This document shows positions 28,608 through 39,461 of a stretch of DNA of 64,000 nucleotides, piece after piece (within the stretch, counting starts at the first letter, position 1; each line of letters opens with the position of its first letter). The notes under the pieces were generated by a model. That model was not told where the DNA came from. It did not search any database and saw only the letters and a program-made list of their open reading frames with translations. Origin of the DNA: Opitutales bacterium. GTDB taxonomy: Bacteria; Verrucomicrobiota; Verrucomicrobiia; Opitutales; UBA2987. The stretch is from positions 288,001-352,000 of the forward strand of contig CBDDEL010000011.1 in NCBI GenBank assembly GCA_965226885.1, given 5' to 3'. The position numbers and the translations under genes were made by a program.

Positions 28608-29537
28608 ATGGTAGGCCCGAAGCAGAAAAAGGAAGCGGTGAAGCATGTATTGGCCCAAGGGTCGTGCTCGCTGCGTCGGGCCTGTCAGTATTTTGGGTTG
28701 CACCGCTCAACCTACCTGTATGAACCCAAGAAAGCTACTGAGTATAGGCATAAACTGGTGGCACGCATCATTGCCTTTTCGAAGAAGCATCCGCGCTATG
28801 GCTATCGTCGGATCCGCGCTTTGTTGACCCATGAAGGTTGGCCCGTGAGTCGCAAATTCGTCCAAAAAGTGCGTCGTTTCGAAGGACTGGGTGTGCGGCC
28901 GCCTGGCAAGCGCCGTCGCCGGCAGGGCCAATCCACGGCTACCCCGACCCGAGCAGTGCAGCCCAACCATGTGTGGAGTTGGGACTTTGTGGCGGATCGC
29001 ACCGACCGGGGCGGTCCGCTCAGGCTCTTGACACTGATCGATGAACATACCCGTCAATGCCTGGCCATTAAGGTTGCGCGCTCACTGAAAAGTGCCGATG
29101 TGGTAGAGGTATTGAACGATGCCATAAGAGAGAACGGCAAACCTCAGTGCATCCGCTCGGACAACGGATCGGAGTTTATAGCCCACCAAGTCAAAGAAGA
29201 ACTGCAGCGACAGGAAATTGCCATCGCATACATTGATCCAGGAAGCCCTTGGCAGAATGGACATATAGAATCCTTTCATAATCGTTTGCGCGATGAATGC
29301 CTTAATCAGGAACTGTTCCTGAGCGTGACCGAAGCGCGTGTGGTGGTCGAACAATGGCGACACAAATACAACGCGAAACACCCCCACAGCCGATTAGGCT
29401 TTCTCTCCCCAAATACATTTGCCAGACTCTGGCGAACAATCAACAAAGCAGCGGCTGGCTCCATTCGGCCTACGGCCTCATTGCGCCACCCGCTGCAAAA
29501 CCTACAATACCAAACCTACGGAAATACTCTCACTTAA
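28608..29537 (+). CDS. IS3 type B transposase OrfB
   Basis: YGYRRI, WSWDF, RSDNGSEF and PWQNGHIESFHNRLRDECL motifs; A7-TGGTAG at the orfA/orfB junction. Confidence 0.93.
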   Translation: MVGPKQKKEAVKHVLAQGSCSLRRACQYFGLHRSTYLYEPKKATEYRHKLVARIIAFSKKHPRYGYRRIRALLTHEGWPVSRKFVQKVRRFEGLGVRPPGKRRRRQGQSTATPTRAVQPNHVWSWDFVADRTDRGGPLRLLTLIDEHTRQCLAIKVARSLKSADVVEVLNDAIRENGKPQCIRSDNGSEFIAHQVKEELQRQEIAIAYIDPGSPWQNGHIESFHNRLRDECLNQELFLSVTEARVVVEQWRHKYNAKHPHSRLGFLSPNTFARLWRTINKAAAGSIRPTASLRHPLQNLQYQTYGNTLT

Positions 29538-30815
29538 AGTGGTAGCAAAGATGGGGTCCGATCACTGGGCCGTCTGCTCGGAGGGATTTCGTTTCGGCAT
29601 TTGTCGCGGGCTCTGGGCTGCAGCGATCTGTTGGCCGACTTTTGCCGTGTCCGGCAGATCGATGGCATCAGGGGCATCTCCAAAAGCACCCTGGAGCGGG
29701 CCTCGAAGTTTTTCAGCGAAGAGCAGTTGAGGGCCTTGCACCGGACCTTGACTGAGGTGGTGGGCGATGCCCTTCTGGCCCGGCAGGTGGGATTGGACAA
29801 GCCGATTGACACCACCATTTGCCTGATCGACGGCGCCTGTTTGGAGGCTAACATTCATTGGCCGACGGACTGGGTATTACTCAAGGATGTAGCCGGCACG
29901 TTGCTCAAAGCGATCCGGCTGATCCGCGAGAAGGCCGGTTTGCGCCATCGCATGCCGATCGAACCGGAGCCCTTGGCTCGGCAGATGAATCGGCTGTGCA
30001 TACAGATGACCCACAGCCGGCGGCGAAAGGACAGCGCGCGGCAGCGCAAGGGTATCTTGAGGCAGATGAAAAAGCTGCTCAAACGGATCGGGGAGCATGC
30101 CCGCAGTCACCGGGAATTATTGCAAGCCTGCTGGGAGCAAAGCGATTACAGCGAAAAACAGGTCCAACAGATCCTCGCCCGGATGGAGCGCATGAGCGAG
30201 CAAATCCCGGTGGTCATCAAACAGGCGCACGAGCGGATCATTGGCGGCCGCCAGGTGAAAAACGCAGAGAAAGTCTTGAGTGTTTACGAACTCGATGGGC
30301 AGGTGATTGTGCGAGGTAAAGCGGGCCAAGAGGTCGAGTTCGGCAACACCCTGTTTTTGGGAGAAAGCGTTGAAGGGTACCTGCTGGACTGGAAACTCTA
30401 CGGCAGCCGAACTCCAAGCGAAAATGAACAAATGCAAGAGAGTTTGCAAAGACAGAACCGCTTCAACCTGGAAGAACCCATAGCGGCCATGTGCGCGGAC
30501 CGGGGATTTGCCTCCCAGCGGGCCCGCCGGCAGTTAGCCCAGGAGGGAATCTACGACGCGCTCTGTCCACGCGATCCGAAGCAGTTGAAAAAACGGATGG
30601 AGGAACCACTGTTCAGACAATTGCAAAAGCGCCGGGCCAGCACCGAAGGGCGGATCGGGGTATTGAAGAATCGCTGGCAGGCCGGGCGGTTGCGCAGCAA
30701 AGGCTTTGCCAACCGCTCGATCAGCGTAGCCTGGTCGGTACTCTCGCACAACCTATGGAAAGTAGCCAAGATGCTGGCCCAGCAAGACGAACTAAAAACC
30801 AAAGCGGCGGCCTAG

Positions 30816-33800
30816 CCCGGATATTTCGTAAAAAAAGTATCGTTGATATGCTTAACTGCTGATATACAGCAGGATAGATCAATAATTAAAGCAATATCAG
30901 CGATGACAAAAGGTAAACAATTAAAGCTACAGTTGACAAGGGTAAAAGGCCGCCGTGTGCGGGTTGATTTCAAGGGCGGAGAGGTTACTTCGGATGCCGG
31001 ACTGCTTTTGATCCGGGAAGTGGATCGGCAGTTGGGCTTGACCGAACGAGCGGCCCGACAGTTAGTGGACAAACGGCAGAAGGGCAAAGTACGCCATGAG
31101 GTATTGGGGATGCTGCGGCAGCGCGTTTACGGGCTGGTGGCGGGCTATGAGGATTTGAACGACTTTGATACCCTGCGCCACGATCCATTGTTGCAAACGG
31201 TAACGGGGCGCATTGAAACGTTGGCCAGCGCGCCGACTGTGTGTCGTTTTGAAAACGGGCAGGATCGGCGGGCGGCCTTTGCGGTAAACGAGCTGTTGGT
31301 CGAACAGTTCATGGGCTCCTTTGCCGAGGAACCCGAAGAGATCATCCTGGACTTTGACGCCACCGACAATCCGGTGCACGGGCTCCAGGAGGGACGTTTT
31401 TTCCACGGTTATTATGATCATTACTGTTTTCTGCCGCTATATGTTTTTTGCGGTGATCAGCTGCTGGTGGCCTACCTGCGGCCGAGCAAGATCGATGCCA
31501 GCAAGCATGCCGGGGCCATCCTCAAATTGCTGGTTAAACGGATTCGCCAAAGCTGGCCCCGTACGCGGATTATTTGGCGCGCCGACAGTGGATTTTGTCG
31601 AGACCGGATACTCTCTTGGTGCGACCGCAACGAAGTTAGCCCGGATATCTCATGAAGGGTAAAGTTTGGCTCGTTATTGCTATTGGAGATGGATTTCTTT
31701 GTATTTTGAGCAGATCGTCTTGATTTTTAGGTGTTTTTCAGGGTGTAGAGACACTGCCCCCTTTCCCCCATTGGTTCGGTAGTGCCGGGGGCAGCACCAA
31801 TGCACCCTTTAGGTTGGCACCAATCGGCGGGCCGCATGGTTGAAAAGACTGGCCCAAGGATAACTCTCACTTAGGTGAAAGTGAATCGTTCGGGTGTTGC
31901 GCACGATGACCGCTCCGATCTTGATTAATTTGAGCCGCAGGGTGTGGCATTGGGCCCGCGCCCACTTCGTCCCTTTTAAGGCTAACCGGCGCATGGCTTC
32001 CATCAAGGTGTAGGCCAGCGCCGACAAGAGCAATCGCCACTGATTGGCCCACCATTGATGGGCGCTGGTGCGCTCGCTGAACAATTGCATCTGTTCCTTG
32101 ATTCGGTTCTCCATTTCACCGCGGCCACAGTATACCTTGTCGTAAAGCTCCTGGGGATCGCCCGGCAGGTTCGTCACCACGAAGCGCGGGTTGGACCCCT
32201 GTGCGGTGTGTTCGGCTTTATGGATGACCAACCGCAGCCATCGCCACGAATCGGCAGCATAGACGAAGTCCTGGAATAACCGTTGTTTTTTACCCCTTAG
32301 TTCGAACCATTCTTTGGCCTGCTTTTGCAACTGCTGGGCGTCTTGCTGCAAGCGTGCATTGCGAGCCATCCCCACGATGTAACTAACTTCGTTGCGGTCG
32401 CACCAAGAGAGTATCCGGTCTCGACAAAATCCACTGTCGGCGCGCCAAATAATCCGCTTACGGGGCCAGCTTTGGCGAATCCGTTTAACCAGCAATTTGA
32501 GGATGGCCCCGGCATGCTTGCTGGCATCGATCTTGCTCGGCCGCAGGTAGGCCACCAGCAGCTGATCACCGCAAAAAACATATAGCGGCAGAAAACAGTA
32601 ATGATCATAATAACCGTGGAAAAAACGTCCCTCCTGGAGCCCGTGCACCGGATTGTCGGTGGCGTCAAAGTCCAGGATGATCTCTTCGGGTTCCTCGGCA
32701 AAGGAGCCCATGAACTGTTCGACCAACAGCTCGTTTACCGCAAAGGCCGCCCGCCGATCCTGCCCGTTTTCAAAACGACACAAAGTCGGCGCGCTGGCCA
32801 ACGTTTCAATGCGCCCCGTTACCGTTTGCAACAATGGATCGTGGCGCAGGGTATCAAAGTCGTTCAAATCCTCATAGCCCGCCACCAGCCCGTAAACGCG
32901 CTGCCGCAGCATCCCCAATACCTCATGGCGTACTTTGCCCTTCTGCCGTTTGTCCACTAACTGTCGGGCCGCTCGTTCGGTCAAGCCCAACTGCCGATCC
33001 ACTTCCCGAATCAAAAGCAGTCCGGCATCCGAAGTGACCTCTCCGCCCTTGAAATCAACCCGCACACGGCGGCCTTTTACCCTTGTCAACTGTAGCTTTA
33101 ATTGTTTACCTTTTGTCATCGCTGATATTGCTTTAATTATTGATCTATCCTGCTGTATATCAGCAGTTAAGCATATCAACGATACTTTTTTTACGAAATA
33201 TCCGGGCTAGTTACATCGTGGGGATGGCTCGCAATGCACGCTTGCAGCAAGACGCCCAGCAGTTGCAAAAGCAGGCCAAAGAATGGTTCGAACTAAGGGG
33301 TAAAAAACAACGGTTATTCCAGGACTTCGTCTATGCTGCCGATTCGTGGCGATGGCTGCGGTTGGTCATCCATAAAGCCGAACACACCGCACAGGGGTCC
33401 AACCCGCGCTTCGTGGTGACGAACCTGCCGGGCGATCCCCAGGAGCTTTACGACAAGGTATACTGTGGCCGCGGTGAAATGGAGAACCGAATCAAGGAAC
33501 AGATGCAATTGTTCAGCGAGCGCACCAGCGCCCATCAATGGTGGGCCAATCAGTGGCGATTGCTCTTGTCGGCGCTGGCCTACACCTTGATGGAAGCCAT
33601 GCGCCGGTTAGCCTTAAAAGGGACGAAGTGGGCGCGGGCCCAATGCCACACCCTGCGGCTCAAATTAATCAAGATCGGAGCGGTCATCGTGCGCAACACC
33701 CGAACGATTCACTTTCACCTAAGTGAGAGTTATCCTTGGGCCAGTCTTTTCAACCATGCGGCCCGCCGATTGGTGCCAACCTAAAGGGTGCATTGGTGCT

Positions 33801-33962
33801 GCCCCCGGCACTACCGAACCAATGGGGGAAAGGGGGCAGTGTCTCTACACCCTGAAAAACACCTAAAAATCAAGACGATCTGCTCAAAATACAAAGAAAT
33901 CCATCTCCAATAGCAATAACGAGCCAAACGAGCCAAACTTTACCCTTCATGAAATATCCGGG
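30816..33962 (+). mobile_element. IS1380 copy 2 (outer), transposase interrupted by copy 3
   Basis: CTAG duplication (30812-30815, 33963-33966); 5' half runs to 31639 and 3' half resumes at 33207. Confidence 0.93.
31640..33206 (-). mobile_element. IS1380 copy 3 (inner, 1567 bp) with intact transposase 31809-33119
   Basis: Full IR-to-IR copy in inverted orientation; flanks TTAG and CTAG. Confidence 0.95.
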
Positions 33963-34163
33963 CTAGAGAGCGGAAAAGCAAGGACAATACTTTTTCACAG
34001 CCGTACTGTCGGCTCATACAAAGAAAACCAGGCAACCGGACCCCAAAACCAGTATCCTAACGTTATAGGAGAGCAAAGTTGATACTCTCCCAAATGCAAA
34101 TACCTCTAAAATGAGCGCCTATCAAAAGCCCTCGCAAAAATCACCCTTTTGGGACAGCCTCTA

Positions 34164-35734
34164 TAATAGAGTAGCGTGGAACAAAGAGTCGAAAGAAGGC
34201 AGCCGTTGGTGCCAGCCGGTAAGTCCTGCGGAAATCCAGGCGGCTCAAGAAGGAAAATGGCGCGTTATCCTTACTCCAAACAAAAGCGTTCCCTCTGCAT
34301 GGTTCGGCGACCTGAAAGGAAAGAAATTTTTATGTTTGGCCTCGGGAGGTGGGCAGCAGGCTCCGCTCCTGGCAGCTGGCCAAGGATCAGTTTGTGGCGG
34401 ACCGCGATTCGCTCGATGTGAACACGGTGCAGGGCGATATGGCTGATCTTTCCGCCTTCGAAAACGAAAGCTTTGATCTCATCTTTCATCCCGTATCGAA
34501 TGTGTTTGCGGAGAACATTGAACCCGTTTGGAAGGAATGCTTTCGTGTATTGAAATGGAACGGACGTTTGCTAACAGGGTTCATGAATCCAATGTTTTTC
34601 CTGTTCGATCATGAAGAGGTAGAAGAAACGGGGGTTCTCCAGGTCAAATATTCATTGCCTTTTTCGGAACTGAGCAGCCTTTCAGAGGACAAGAGAGAAA
34701 AGATAATTAAAGAAGGTTTGCCCTACGAGTTTGGGTAGTGTATAAAAAAAGAATGTTATTTTGTATTTTTAGCTGTACAAATAGCGTTAGGCAGTTTATT
34801 CTTAGTGCATGGTTACTAAAATTATTAATTGTCGGCACTGTGGAAGTGAAAATATCATTAAATTTGGCAAGACGCCCAACCATAAACAGCGCTACCGCTG
34901 CCATGATTGTGGTAAACAAAGCCGCGAAAACCCCACAGTGAAATACACCGAAGAGCAAAAAGAAATGATCCTTCGAGTCTATCAGGAACGCAGCAGTCTA
35001 CGCGGTTTACAGCGCGCCTTCGGGGTGAGTCCCAACACCGTTTTGAGTTGGTTAAAAAAAACGACAATCGCTGCGACCGCTCAAAAGCACGATTCTTGCG
35101 GCCCGCCGCCATGATGTCATTGAACTGGACGAACTGTGGTCTTTTGTGGGGCGCAAGAGCGATGCCCAATGGGTTTGGATCGCTCTTTGCCGACGCACCC
35201 GTCAAATCCTCTCCTATGCCATTGGGCCTCGGGATTGGTATCGTTGCCGGGAACTTTACGAGCGTCTGCCACGGGCCTACAAAAGATGTGCCACCTACAG
35301 CGACTTTTGGAGCACTTATGATGAAGTCTTTCCTCATAACCGCTCCGTGGGAAAAGAAACCGGTGAAACGGCCCATGTGGAACGATGGAACAATACCCTG
35401 CGCCAACGACTGGGTCGTTTCACACGCAAAACCCTCTCCTTTTCCAAGCTTAAGAGTATGCATGAAACCTGTCTGAGACTTTTCATTCATCAATATAATC
35501 AAGAATTAGCCACCATTCCTACTTAATACACTACCCGAGTTTGGACATACCCTGGAAGAGCAAATTGGAGGTCAAATCGCCGCAGGTTTGGTCATTTGCG
35601 GTCTCTATGAAGACGATTGGGATGAAGAGGCAACGCCACTGGACAGATTCGGATCGGTATATATTTCGACACTTGCCATGAAAATACGGATTGAGCAAAC
35701 CGCTTCAGTCAACACAGCCCAACCGCGCAACTGA
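34164..35734 (+). pseudogene. Class I SAM-dependent methyltransferase: 5'-truncated, frameshifted and IS1-interrupted
   Basis: YNRVAW...LCLASGGGQQAPLLAA, frame change near 34375, GDMADLSAF...FDLIFHPVSN...YEF, then IS1, then GHTLEEQIGGQIAAG... to TGA at 35734. Confidence 0.88.
34734..35535 (+). mobile_element. IS1-family copy 3 (802 bp)
   Basis: Complete; 8-bp target duplication CGAGTTTG. Confidence 0.95.
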
Positions 35735-35849
35735 GATTCGCGTTAGATAGCGCTCGAAAGCACTTTCATTATCTGCGTTTATTTGTATAATCCGTGGTTT
35801 TATGAATCATTAAGGTTCACTTTTATCAGGTCGAATTTTCAAAATCAAA

Positions 35850-36902
35850 ATGGAGAAAATGAACATGCGTATCCGCTTTTTTCAAAGAATATCATCATTA
35901 CTGTTATCGGCATTGTCCTTGCTCTTCCTCGCTACGGCCAATGGCGAACCCAAAAAATGGGAACAAGGCCAGGGCTGGGGTTGGGTCTGGGGTGAAGAAG
36001 ACGAGGTGGGTGCGCTCAACGAGATAACGCCAGAAATGATTCTGAAGGCCATCGGGCTGGTGAAAAAGGGCCAGGTGCGCGATCTCGGCATCGTATACGA
36101 CCGAACTTCCTTCAAATGGCCGGGGCACTCGCCCGCTGAAATTATCACCTTCCGCAGTCCCGAGGGCGTTCGACGGCAAAAGGATTTGGACTTCACTTTA
36201 CCCGAAAACGGAAACACCTCGCTGACCACCTGGCATAGTTGCGCCATTTTCATCAATGACAATGTGGCTACCCAAATCGACGGTCTGGGCCACGCCGTAA
36301 CCGGTGAGGACAACCATTGGTACAACGGTTTCAAAGAGGCTGACTGGGGCGGCAACTGGGGCCCGAGAAAAGCCGGTGCGGAAACCATACCCCCCGTCAT
36401 TGCCCGAGGAGTGCTCATCGACGTGGCCGGCTACAAGGGCCTGGAAGTTTTGCCCTCTAAATACATCATTACCGTCGATGACCTCGAAGGCGCTCTCCAA
36501 CGCCAGGGAACGGAATTACAGTTTGGCGATGTGGTTCTGGTTCGCACGGGCGTCTTGCGTTTTTGGGGAAAAACCGGGGCCGACAACGATAAAATAGCTG
36601 AATACGATTCGGCTGGAATGCAGCTGCCGGCTGCCAAATGGCTGGTCGAGGAACACGGCGTCATCATGGTCGGTTCGGACACCTCAAGCTTCGAAATGAT
36701 GCAACCGCCGCCCGTTGGAAGCGGCAGCTTTATGCCGGTGCACGATTACCTCTTAATCGAGCAAGGAGTCCACATCGCCGAATTCCATTACCTCGAAGAC
36801 CTGGCCAAAGAAAAAGTTTATGAATTCCTCTACATCGCAACGACCAACAAAATCAAAGGAGCCACCGCCGGCTTCACCATGCGCCCGTTGGCTATTTATT
36901 AG
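35850..36902 (+). CDS. Secreted cyclase-family (kynurenine formamidase-like) metallohydrolase
   Basis: Signal peptide; WGEEDEVGALN, TQIDGLGH, RGVLIDV, GDVVLVRTG, GSD and VH..LL...GVHI.E motifs. Confidence 0.85.
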   Translation: MEKMNMRIRFFQRISSLLLSALSLLFLATANGEPKKWEQGQGWGWVWGEEDEVGALNEITPEMILKAIGLVKKGQVRDLGIVYDRTSFKWPGHSPAEIITFRSPEGVRRQKDLDFTLPENGNTSLTTWHSCAIFINDNVATQIDGLGHAVTGEDNHWYNGFKEADWGGNWGPRKAGAETIPPVIARGVLIDVAGYKGLEVLPSKYIITVDDLEGALQRQGTELQFGDVVLVRTGVLRFWGKTGADNDKIAEYDSAGMQLPAAKWLVEEHGVIMVGSDTSSFEMMQPPPVGSGSFMPVHDYLLIEQGVHIAEFHYLEDLAKEKVYEFLYIATTNKIKGATAGFTMRPLAIY

Positions 36903-36933
36903 AACCTTATTATGCGATTGTTACCTTAATGAA

Positions 36934-37071
36934 ATGATTACCGTAGAGGAGATTGAAGCAGTGATTGAGAAACTCCCTGAAGATGCGCAGAGGGAATTGG
37001 CACAACGGTTGGCTGCTCGCCTTGGGGATGCATGGGATGAGGAGATTGAAACCGATGCTGAAGCAGGCTAA
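36934..37071 (+). pseudogene. Small antitoxin-like ORF (45 aa) ending at the IS1380 target site
   Basis: MITVEEIEAVIEKLPE...WDEEIETDAEAG*, resembling small addiction-module proteins; its TAA is part of the CTAA duplication. Confidence 0.5.
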
Positions 37072-38639
37072 CCCGGATATTTCATGAAGGGTAAAGTTTG
37101 GCTCGTTATTGCTATTGGAGATGGATTTCTTTGTATTTTGAGCAGATCGTCTTGATTTTTAGGTGTTTTTCAGGGTGTAGAGACACTGCCCCCTTTCCCC
37201 CATTGGTTCGGTAGTGCCGGGGGCAGCACCAATGCACCCTTTAGGTTGGCACCAATCGGCGGGCCGCATGGTTGAAAAGACTGGCCCAAGGATAACTCTC
37301 ACTTAGGTGAAAGTGAATCGTTCGGGTGTTGCGCACGATGACCGCTCCGATCTTGATTAATTTGAGCCGCAGGGTGTGGCATTGGGCCCGCGCCCACTTC
37401 GTCCCTTTTAAGGCTAACCGGCGCATGGCTTCCATCAAGGTGTAGGCCAGCGCCGACAAGAGCAATCGCCACTGATTGGCCCACCATTGATGGGCGCTGG
37501 TGCGCTCGCTGAACAATTGCATCTGTTCCTTGATTCGGTTCTCCATTTCACCGCGGCCACAGTATACCTTGTCGTAAAGCTCCTGGGGATCGCCCGGCAG
37601 GTTCGTCACCACGAAGCGCGGGTTGGACCCCTGTGCGGTGTGTTCGGCTTTATGGATGACCAACCGCAGCCATCGCCACGAATCGGCAGCATAGACGAAG
37701 TCCTGGAATAACCGTTGTTTTTTACCCCTTAGTTCGAACCATTCTTTGGCCTGCTTTTGCAACTGCTGGGCGTCTTGCTGCAAGCGTGCATTGCGAGCCA
37801 TCCCCACGATGTAACTAACTTCGTTGCGGTCGCACCAAGAGAGTATCCGGTCTCGACAAAATCCACTGTCGGCGCGCCAAATAATCCGCGTACGGGGCCA
37901 GCTTTGGCGAATCCGTTTAACCAGCAATTTGAGGATGGCCCCGGCATGCTTGCTGGCATCGATCTTGCTCGGCCGCAGGTAGGCCACCAGCAGCTGATCA
38001 CCGCAAAAAACATATAGCGGCAGAAAACAGTAATGATCATAATAACCGTGGAAAAAACGTCCCTCCTGGAGCCCGTGCACCGGATTGTCGGTGGCGTCAA
38101 AGTCCAGGATGATCTCTTCGGGTTCCTCGGCAAAGGAGCCCATGAACTGTTCGACCAACAGCTCGTTTACCGCAAAGGCCGCCCGCCGATCCTGCCCGTT
38201 TTCAAAACGACACAAAGTCGGCGCGCTGGCCAACGTTTCAATGCGCCCCGTTACCGTTTGCTAACAATGGATCGTGGCGCAGGGTATCAAAGTCGTTCAA
38301 ATCCTCATAGCCCGCCACCAGCCCGTAAACGCGCTGCCGCAGCATCCCCAATACCTCATGGCGTACTTTGCCCTTCTGCCGTTTGTCCACTAACTGTCGG
38401 GCCGCTCGTTCGGTCAAGCCCAACTGCCGATCCACTTCCCGGATCAAAAGCAGTCCGGCATCCGAAGTAACCTCTCCGCCCTTGAAATCAACCCGCACAC
38501 GGCGGCCTTTTACCCTTGTCAACTGTAGCTTTAATTGTTTACCTTTTGTCATCGCTGATATTGCTTTAATTATTGATCTATCCTGCTGTATATCAGCAGT
38601 TAAGCATATCAACGATACTTTTTTTACGAAATATCCGGG
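37072..38639 (-). mobile_element. IS1380 copy 4 (1568 bp), transposase frameshifted
   Basis: CTAA duplication; 1-bp insertion near 38262 (TTTGCTAAC versus TTTGCAAC). Confidence 0.93.
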
Positions 38640-38661
38640 CTAAGTTTATCTCAATATCTTT

Positions 38662-39444
38662 TCAACTCCGGAAAAAATCTTCGGCGTTGTCTTTGGGTCG
38701 GTAGCCTAGTTGTTTGATGGTTTCCGTTAGGTCAAAAATGTTTCGGTCGTTATTGCTGGTGGCATAGGCGAGGAGGTATTTGGTCTCTACATCCAGGGAG
38801 CGGCGGAAAAAGCCAAAGGGAGCGGCGGAAAAAGCCAAGGCAGTCGCGGTGGCTCAGGTAGATGGCCCGGAAATAGTCTTCGCCGCTGGTTCCCAATCTG
38901 GCGGAGGCGTTATTTTCCCGCACTATCCAGCCGATGCGCAGGCCGACGAATTCGAGGTTGTGCCGTTCGCTGTAGAGCTTGCCTAGATTTTCCCCGAAAA
39001 GTTTGGAAACGGCGTAGAGCGAATCCGGGTTGGGCGGTTCGTCGGTCTTCATGCGCCGGGTTTTTCGCGGGTCCAGGGTTTCGGGAGTGGTCAGGATGGT
39101 ATTGCCGTGCTGGGTGTGGTTGGTGGTGGCAAAAACAAGCCGCCTCACGCCGGAGCGCCGGCACTCTTCGAAAACCTGAGAGGTGGCCTCGATATTATTT
39201 TTGCGCACACTTTCCCAGGAACCCAATGTGCTGGGGTCGGCGGCAAGGTGAATGACCGCGTGCAGTCCCTCGAATTTGCCTTTGACCCTTTGACCTCGTC
39301 TTCATCCGACAGATCGCAGCAGACGGACGGAAATGAGACCGGACCGAGGGTGAAAGAGGTCAGATCGCAATCGTTTTGCAAGCCTTCGCGGAGGATACCG
39401 CCGATAAGGCCATCCGCGGCCGTTATGCCAATTTTTTTTATCGT
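38662..39444 (-). pseudogene. NAD-dependent epimerase/uronate dehydrogenase-like gene broken by two tandem duplications
   Basis: KIGITAADGLIG...; removing the 8-bp (39280-39295) and 22-bp (38795-38838) duplications restores VIHLAA...YAVSK...LRIG...LGYRPKDNAEDF*. The start codon is unclear. Confidence 0.85.
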
Positions 39445-39461
39445 TTTTGAAGATAGATTGC

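Larger units (their letters stand above)
26995..29564 (+). mobile_element. IS3-family element type B (IS407-group-like), orfA disrupted by IS3 type A
   Basis: Ends TGATGTGACCGCCGAAAACACTACCA / reverse complement TGATCGGACCCCATCTTTGCTACCA; orfA starts MKQKRYTPEQIITI at 27063 and resumes SHNISPQSYHRWRKKYG to 28614; no target duplication. Confidence 0.9.
29565..34163 (+). mobile_element. IS5/ISNCY-like element, 5'-truncated copy with nested IS1380s at its stop codon
   Basis: 29565-30815 matches the transposase at 55493-56974 from LGRLLGG onward; the 3' UTR resumes at 33967 and ends TTTTGGGACAGCCTCTA. Confidence 0.9.
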
